Virus record (IMG/VR): IMGVR_UViG_3300027819_000034
Coordinates: 1 to 37,741 of that record
DNA: 37,741 nucleotides
Source of the DNA: a virus
Taxonomy: Duplodnaviria > Caudoviricetes
Direction: 5' to 3' (one strand)
The translations under genes were made by a program, and so were the position numbers. Under the pieces are notes generated by a model that was given only the letters and a program-made list of their open reading frames with translations, ran no database searches and had not been told where the DNA came from. Shown here piece by piece: positions 1 through 5,526 of the stretch. Numbering within the stretch: position 1 is the first letter of the stretch; each line of letters starts with the position of its first letter.

Positions 1-140
1 GCAGGAACGAATACGACATCGCCCTGTATCACCCCGATACAAACTGTCAGTACAAGTTGCATTGAAATATTGAGCACTCCGAACATCTTTGCGTCATCAA
101 GGCATATTTCATTGCCCTGAACGCGGAGCAGACAATGAAT
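1..140. repeat. Terminal direct repeat, left copy (circular overlap)
   Basis: 1-140 matches 37602-37741 except at 114, 131 and 132; a reading frame runs through the join. Confidence 0.95.
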
Positions 141-326
141 CCAACGAATGTCTAATGCCCACCAGAAGTCGGGAAGCATCGGAACGCAACTCAATTCGCG
201 TTCAACCGCACTACAGGTAACAGGCGTCATCTTGTAAACTACCCGTTCGATTGCCGTTGCCGTTTTATAATTCCAGTACATCGTCGGGTCAAATTCCATC
301 GCGAGGATTTTCTCTGCTCTTCGCAT
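1..326 (-). CDS. Hypothetical protein, 5' part of a 134-aa gene spanning the circular junction (MRRAEKILAMEFDPTMYWNY...)
   Basis: ATG at 326 preceded by AAGGAG at a 6-nt spacing; open to base 1 and continues in frame at 37601-37523. Not in the ORF track. Confidence 0.8.
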   Translation of the reverse strand, partial: MRRAEKILAMEFDPTMYWNYKTATAIERVVYKMTPVTCSAVERELSCVPMLPDFWWALDIRWIHCLLRVQGNEICLDDAKMFGVLNISMQLVLTVCIGVIQGDVVFVP

Positions 327-367
327 GGAACGCTCCTTAAAATCCTTTGGAAAACACGTCTATTTAT

Positions 368-375
368 ATTATACT
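368..375. promoter_or_regulatory. Overlapping divergent -10 elements (TATAAT minus, 368-373; TATACT plus, 370-375)
   Basis: Plus-strand TATACT lies 6 nt before ATG 382 (leaderless geometry); minus-strand TATAAT lies about 40 nt before ATG 326. Confidence 0.6.
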
Positions 376-381
376 CATTAT

Positions 382-846
382 ATGAAATATATTAAACTCA
401 CTCAAGGAAAAGTAGTGTTAGTTGACGATGAGGATTTTGAGAAATTAAACCAATATAAGTGGCGATTGGCTAAAAGAGGTAAAACAATTTATGCGCAAAC
501 TAGATTTCCAAATTCAGTACAAATTTTAATGCATCGTTTCCTGATGAATACTCCTCAAGGCATGGAAACAGATCACATTGATGGTGATGGACTAAATAAT
601 CAGCGAAACAATTTACGAATTTGTACACATAGAGAAAATTCAATGAATCAAAGAAAGCGTCAAGGTACATCGAAATATAAAGGAGTCTATTTTCGAAAAG
701 ATCGAAAGAAATGGACAACTAGGATAAAGGTAAATGGCAGGACAATTCATTTAGGGAATTTCTTTGAAGAAGATAAAGCCGCTATGGCTTATAACGCAGC
801 CGCATATATTTATTATAGAAATTTCGCTAAATTAAATAAAATCTAG
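382..846 (+). CDS. HNH endonuclease with C-terminal AP2 domain
   Basis: MHR...TDHIDGDGLNNQRNNLR...N HNH motif, then SKYKGVY...W...I...LG.F.....AA.AYN AP2 motif. Start moved from 325 to Met20. Confidence 0.9.
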   Translation: MKYIKLTQGKVVLVDDEDFEKLNQYKWRLAKRGKTIYAQTRFPNSVQILMHRFLMNTPQGMETDHIDGDGLNNQRNNLRICTHRENSMNQRKRQGTSKYKGVYFRKDRKKWTTRIKVNGRTIHLGNFFEEDKAAMAYNAAAYIYYRNFAKLNKI

Positions 847-886
847 CTCATTTTTAGGGAGGTGAACTAGCGAGCCTCCGTAATTC
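834..886 (-). terminator. 3' end element of cassette A: 8-bp stem with CCUCCCUAAAAA loop plus AUUUUAUUU; predicted pseudoknot
   Basis: Arms 863-870 and 843-850 pair (one G-U); GGAGG at 875-879 can pair with loop CCUCC at 858-862. Confidence 0.7.
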
Positions 887-889
887 CTT

Positions 890-1234
890 TCAAATCAAAG
901 ACCGTAATCCACGCACCACATTTTCCAATTTATCCTTACTAGGACTCCAGTGCTGACAGCCCGCTTCTACGAGCTTCTTTTTGTGGTAGTCGCTGTTGCT
1001 GTTCGCGATGACGGGCTTGTCGAACCGAGCGCGGATGTGTCGCGTGAGCGTCACCGTGCTCAATCCGTTCAGCAGTCCGTCCATCACGATAGCGTCGAGC
1101 TTCCTCCAGTGGCGTCCGAACAGTTCAAACGCCTCGCCCATGGTGCGTGCGGCGATAATCTCGTAATCGCCACCGAGCTGTTCCTTGTACAGGGACTGGA
1201 TGTCCTCGTCGTCCTCGACGATCAAGAGTTTCAT
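890..1234 (-). CDS. Single-domain CheY-like response regulator receiver
   Basis: LLIVEDD acidic pocket, DAIVMD phospho-acceptor Asp, PVIANS Ser, terminal Lys; AAAGGG 5 nt upstream. Confidence 0.9.
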   Translation of the reverse strand: MKLLIVEDDEDIQSLYKEQLGGDYEIIAARTMGEAFELFGRHWRKLDAIVMDGLLNGLSTVTLTRHIRARFDKPVIANSNSDYHKKKLVEAGCQHWSPSKDKLENVVRGLRSLI

Positions 1235-1236
1235 GG

Positions 1237-1425
1237 CTACCCTTTCGTGTCAACGGAAGACCAGATGACCTTCTCGACAAACCGAACAACCGCAGCGTCC
1301 ACAGTCTTACCATTCGGCAACTCCACTCGCTCCATACGGAACTTCAAGTCCTTGCCACTCGACAGGTGCAGAATCATGCAGGCGGCTCTGATTTCGATGT
1401 CACGGATTGCGTCCTGGATAGGCAT
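1237..1425 (-). CDS. Hypothetical protein, 62 aa
   Basis: AAAGGAG 5 nt before ATG; packed against the receiver gene. Confidence 0.75.
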   Translation of the reverse strand: MPIQDAIRDIEIRAACMILHLSSGKDLKFRMERVELPNGKTVDAAVVRFVEKVIWSSVDTKG

Positions 1426-1437
1426 AGCGTCTCCTTT

Positions 1438-1509
1438 CTACGGTAGGCGACAAAGCCATGCGATAACCTTGAGGAGTTTATCCTCAATCCACAGCAAGAA
1501 CTTTTTCAT
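1438..1509 (-). CDS. 23-aa amphipathic peptide MKKFLLWIEDKLLKVIAWLCRLP
   Basis: GGAG 6 nt before ATG; first ORF after the promoter at 1538-1546; its stop abuts the next SD. Confidence 0.6.
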   Translation of the reverse strand: MKKFLLWIEDKLLKVIAWLCRLP

Positions 1510-1537
1510 GATACTCTCCAAAATGAGCCTCACTATA

Positions 1538-1546
1538 AGTATAACA
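1538..1546 (-). promoter_or_regulatory. Extended -10 promoter TGTTATACT for cassette A (predicted +1 near 1531)
   Basis: Match to TGnTAnnnT upstream of an SD-led operon. Confidence 0.7.
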
Positions 1547-1672
1547 TTATTAAAAAAACTTCCCGTTTCCTAGGAAGTGAAAATTGTACACGTTTTGCTT
1601 TCTGCATTAAAGATAACGACTTATGCACATCCTATGTTTCCAAATAAAAGTCAAGCATGATATACTTATGCT

Positions 1673-1836
1673 GAAGTGAGAACTAAAAAAAGATCACCCA
1701 ATAAATCTTATCTTTTATATAACTAGTGGTTGATGCAATAGAACTACAAGTTCTCTCGAGCGCCGCAAGGCTTGCTGGGATATACCGATATGGTTATTCT
1801 GGATCACTTCGACTCACTCGCCTCACGGAGTGAGTC
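1673..1836 (+). ncRNA. Candidate structured small RNA 1
   Basis: TGATATACT at 1658-1666; GAAGUGA (1673-1679) pairs with UCACUUC (1804-1810); GCC-GCAA-GGC tetraloop hairpin; 9-bp terminal hairpin at 1811-1836; no credible ORF. Confidence 0.6.
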
Positions 1837-2316
1837 TCATTTTATAAAGCCGCGGATGAATTTGTCATCGTACCGTATAAGGCGGTATGACTTTTTGCAA
1901 GCGAGAAAGTTACCCTCATATACCCACATACCATCTTTTCGTAATTCAAGAATATATGCTACATGGTCAATCCACTTTTTAGGATTTTTCTTATCGGGAT
2001 AGCGCAGTAACACACCACCGCCCGGAACTGGTACGGAATTACTTTTTAAATCTTTTGCATCAATAAGCGGAATGTTCAATCCTGCTTCGCGCGCGACACG
2101 CACGCAGGAGCAAGCCGTTTGATCAACAATCTTTTTCTTTACTGGAGTTGTAGTTGCTATTACCGGAGGAGGATCAGGTAGTTCTTCGGGAATAGTTGAA
2201 GTTGAAACTAACATTGTTTCCTCATAATGAGCTTCGGGAATATGAATATCAAAAGATTGCACCGGAGTTATTGCGGGAAGCAAAAATAGACTCGCAAGAG
2301 CTTTTAAAAAATTCAT
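1837..2316 (-). CDS. Secreted CHAP-like peptidoglycan hydrolase
   Basis: Hydrophobic N-terminus, Pro/Thr linker, CSCV...HVAYI...VYEGNF (Cys-His-Glu/Asn pattern). Confidence 0.7.
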   Translation of the reverse strand: MNFLKALASLFLLPAITPVQSFDIHIPEAHYEETMLVSTSTIPEELPDPPPVIATTTPVKKKIVDQTACSCVRVAREAGLNIPLIDAKDLKSNSVPVPGGGVLLRYPDKKNPKKWIDHVAYILELRKDGMWVYEGNFLACKKSYRLIRYDDKFIRGFIK

Positions 2317-2327
2317 GGTTAGTTAGA

Positions 2328-2525
2328 TTATTTTCTTATTCCTCCAAGTGTAATGTCGCCTTTTTGATAACGCTGATAATAGTTATAGATTGTCCAACCA
2401 ACAGACCAAACAGCCGCGAGAATAAATGTTACTCCATCTTTTTCGATAACAACTCCGAAATATCCTAACACTACCACTATTAATCCAGCTAAACTTGCGA
2501 AATTACTTAATTGTGTTTGTGACAT
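2328..2525 (-). CDS. Holin-like small membrane protein
   Basis: Two hydrophobic segments and a basic tail; next to the endolysin. Confidence 0.7.
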   Translation of the reverse strand: MSQTQLSNFASLAGLIVVVLGYFGVVIEKDGVTFILAAVWSVGWTIYNYYQRYQKGDITLGGIRK

Positions 2526-2527
2526 AT

Positions 2528-3907
2528 TTATTTTAAGTTAAAATACCCTCCGCATTCACGATCACTGCCGCCGAGGGTGGGTTGATAAAATGACCTATAC
2601 AATTCGACGAGTTTTGTATAGAGCGATAACAATGTTTGGAGTATACCGATCCGTTCTTTATAAACTACGCTTACTAACTCGCGCGCCCAATTATCAGGAA
2701 GTCCTCCGTAGCACTCCGTAGGCGAGAAAAAGCGATGAGGGTGTATATTGTACAGTTTGGCAGTAATCTTTGAACCTGCGGCGATTACGTGCGAGTGCGT
2801 GCCATCTAATAGCCCAACGAGGAGCGTAACGAGCGTTTTCTTCTGTTCTTCCGTAGGTTCGTCTACCATTTTATTATCAAGGGGGTTGATAATAAAATTA
2901 CCTGCTAAACAAATTGAGATAGTATTGAGATTTGATCCTTTTTGCGCGGCAGTTTCTTCTCCAATAGATCGAGCTTGAAATACTTCGCCGTCGGAAGTGA
3001 TGAAAAAGTTGTAGCCAATATAACTTCCTAATGATGATTTAAAATTAAATCGCAATTGATGAGCGTTATTTAATTGTTCCACAGTCAGATTTCGAGTAGA
3101 AGCATACTTATTAAATTCATATCCACCCGTATGATGTATGGCTATATTTTCTAAAGTCAACGGCATATCTTTGAATGTAAAATTTCCAAAAGTATTTTCT
3201 CGATCTACTACTTCACGCGGAAAATAGAAAATACCTTTATCGCCGATGTTTGTCCCATTTGAGAGATGCGCAATGAGATAAGTCTCGCCGTTAATTTTCT
3301 TCCAGCCAATGTATGTGTACGCATGTGCAAAACCTTCTTCTTCATAAGTTTTAGGAATGATACCTTGGCTCACCCATGAGGATCGCCAAATTGCACCCGT
3401 TAATACTCCACGCTTCTCGGCTCGGTTCTGCCAGATCGCCGCCCGGATAGCATCGAATAAGGAAGAATAGCCCGCACCCACTGAAAAATATCCTTCCTTA
3501 GCGTGTTTTCGGGCAAGAATATCAAATGACTGATCCCAGTTATTCCAATTTGCATACACATTGCGATCATCTTCTATAGTGTATTTTGTTTTATCGGCCG
3601 GAATAAAACCATATTTTTGAGCGGCCTTACAAATGAGGCGGAGGTCGAGACCCCAACTTTCATATTCACCTGCAAGCTGTTTGCCCTTTGCAAATGTATA
3701 CGTCGGTTCGAGTAAAATGTTTTCTTGTAATTCTGATAGTGTGCAGGCGGCAAAAGCTGTGCATAGATCAGTACCTTTTTGATCTTTTACTTCGAGCGCA
3801 GTAAGAGAAAATTCATCGGGTAAAGTTGTTAAATCAATAGAACCAAATACTTTGGAAAATTGATAATCCCGAGCGTCAGGTTTTAGAGGACGTAGACCGT
3901 TAATCAT
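2528..3907 (-). CDS. Putative endolysin: papain-like (C1) peptidase fused to N-acetylmuramoyl-L-alanine amidase
   Basis: DQKGTDLCTAFA and HAYTYIGW in the N-half; IAIHHT...YNFFI...ISICLAGNF...HR...TEC in the C-half. Confidence 0.8.
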   Translation of the reverse strand: MINGLRPLKPDARDYQFSKVFGSIDLTTLPDEFSLTALEVKDQKGTDLCTAFAACTLSELQENILLEPTYTFAKGKQLAGEYESWGLDLRLICKAAQKYGFIPADKTKYTIEDDRNVYANWNNWDQSFDILARKHAKEGYFSVGAGYSSLFDAIRAAIWQNRAEKRGVLTGAIWRSSWVSQGIIPKTYEEEGFAHAYTYIGWKKINGETYLIAHLSNGTNIGDKGIFYFPREVVDRENTFGNFTFKDMPLTLENIAIHHTGGYEFNKYASTRNLTVEQLNNAHQLRFNFKSSLGSYIGYNFFITSDGEVFQARSIGEETAAQKGSNLNTISICLAGNFIINPLDNKMVDEPTEEQKKTLVTLLVGLLDGTHSHVIAAGSKITAKLYNIHPHRFFSPTECYGGLPDNWARELVSVVYKERIGILQTLLSLYTKLVELYRSFYQPTLGGSDRECGGYFNLK

Positions 3908-4173
3908 TTTATTCGTTTTAACAATTCTTTAATGTCGTTTTTTATTTCTTGATTATCAATTTTTATAGTTCTGATTGCTTCCTCAACTGTAGATACCCTC
4001 TCGATCACGGCAGATATTTTTTCTCCTTTTTGTTCGACAGCAGTTTCCACTGCGGCAACACGAGACGAAAAATATCCAATTAGGGTAAGTCCGATGGTCA
4101 ATACTACACTTATTGCTGCCATGCCAGATTTAACATTCATATTATTCAAAAAATAACTGTTCGTTGTACTCAT
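3904..4173 (-). CDS. Single-TM coiled-coil protein (holin-like); start may be Met12
   Basis: One TM helix, then heptad-like repeats; overlaps the endolysin start. Confidence 0.6.
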   Translation of the reverse strand: MSTTNSYFLNNMNVKSGMAAISVVLTIGLTLIGYFSSRVAAVETAVEQKGEKISAVIERVSTVEEAIRTIKIDNQEIKNDIKELLKRIK

Positions 4174-5524
4174 CCCTTGGGTTTACTGTTGCAACTGCCG
4201 CTGCCGCACATCCTCCTGCTGTAATGTCTGTTCCGCAGATGGTGTCCCAATATGCAGTAGTTTCTGTCCCAGGGGATGTTAATGTCACTCCTCCTACTGT
4301 TGCGTACGCAGCGGAAGTCGTTAGCCAAGCAGAGAAAGCATTCCAAGCCCCCGAAACATAAACTCTTGCTCTTTGTTTGTCGGGTTGAACGGCATCGTCA
4401 AATTCAACATTTACGGGATACCAAGTGTCTGCGGTTGCCGTTTGCAGGTTAGTCCAAGAAGTTCCGTTATGGATATGAATACCATTAGTTCCAGCGATTT
4501 GGATATACTGTAAGTTTGTAATATAAGTTGCTCCCGTTTTCATATCAAAAGCCATACCTGAACCAATGTTTGCATGGCTTCTTCTCAAAGCGAAATAAAT
4601 CGCCATTTCTGATTGAGCAGTAGTAAGGGTTCTTGAAATGGTTGCACTAGCCGCATTCAAAAACTCCATTGACTTTGAACCTTCGTATTTTTGTGTCGTA
4701 GAAGAATCAAAAGCTGTTCCGCCAGACCAGCCTGCTGACCAACCAGTTCCTCCTGTGCCTCCGTTTATATCTGTTCCTGCGGTATAACTTTCAAAATTTT
4801 CTTCACCATTAAAAGCCGTAGGATCGAGATGTCCGTAAGCCCCAGCGTCGCCAAATGCTTCAATGAAGAACTCCCCATCTTGTCCATTGGTGTAAAAAGA
4901 AGCAGAGTAATACTTCGTTTCTCCTGCTTTGATTACATCCATTACATCATTTTCTCCGAGAGACTTTCCCACTACAGGTTTCATCAGTGGATTGTTTTTT
5001 GAAGTTGTCGGTCTTTTGGATAAATCAGTCCAGTTGGTTCTTGGCTCACTGTAAGCTGGTCGCACTATGATTGTTTGCTCTGTAGTCGTAGCAGTGGCAG
5101 GCTCAATTCTTGTGATAGCAGGAATATCAGTCATTACAGCGCCGTTATTCCGTAAAACGTCTCTTAATTCCCATTTGTCAGGAGCAGTAACAACAAAGCG
5201 AACATTTTGAGTTCCTGAGTTATTGGTTACAGAGAAGTGAGAACGGAACATACCGAGAACATTTTCATAGTTCCCTTTGTCGCTTTTAATTATTAAAGTT
5301 TCACCAACGTTGTCATCAGTAAAAGTTGTACAAATAGTTTTTTCGTTTACAGCTATGCAAGTTGCATCGGCTCCCAAAGGTAAAAAGGTGGAAGCAGTAT
5401 CTCTGCCCATCACTTCTCCTTGTGGCGCTGGTTCAATACCGAAGAAGTTAAATACCATGATAGAAAATATTACTATGATTATAATACCGAGCAACGTTTT
5501 ATCATTTCTTTTGATCCAATTCAT
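4142..5524 (-). CDS. Putative receptor-binding/virion protein with N-terminal TM segment and lectin-like beta C-terminus
   Basis: 460 aa after the fibre gene; ENFESY...G..GW start of a beta-rich domain. Confidence 0.55.
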   Translation of the reverse strand: MNWIKRNDKTLLGIIIIVIFSIMVFNFFGIEPAPQGEVMGRDTASTFLPLGADATCIAVNEKTICTTFTDDNVGETLIIKSDKGNYENVLGMFRSHFSVTNNSGTQNVRFVVTAPDKWELRDVLRNNGAVMTDIPAITRIEPATATTTEQTIIVRPAYSEPRTNWTDLSKRPTTSKNNPLMKPVVGKSLGENDVMDVIKAGETKYYSASFYTNGQDGEFFIEAFGDAGAYGHLDPTAFNGEENFESYTAGTDINGGTGGTGWSAGWSGGTAFDSSTTQKYEGSKSMEFLNAASATISRTLTTAQSEMAIYFALRRSHANIGSGMAFDMKTGATYITNLQYIQIAGTNGIHIHNGTSWTNLQTATADTWYPVNVEFDDAVQPDKQRARVYVSGAWNAFSAWLTTSAAYATVGGVTLTSPGTETTAYWDTICGTDITAGGCAAAAVATVNPRDEYNEQLFFE

Positions 5525-5526
5525 AT

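Noticed and set aside
114-132. A/G differences between the terminal repeats as a diversity-generating retroelement template/variable pair
   Set aside because: No reverse transcriptase; the changes go in both directions and are synonymous.
950-1573. 207-aa plus-strand ORF
   Set aside because: Antisense shadow of three minus-strand genes that have clear SDs and a recognisable domain.
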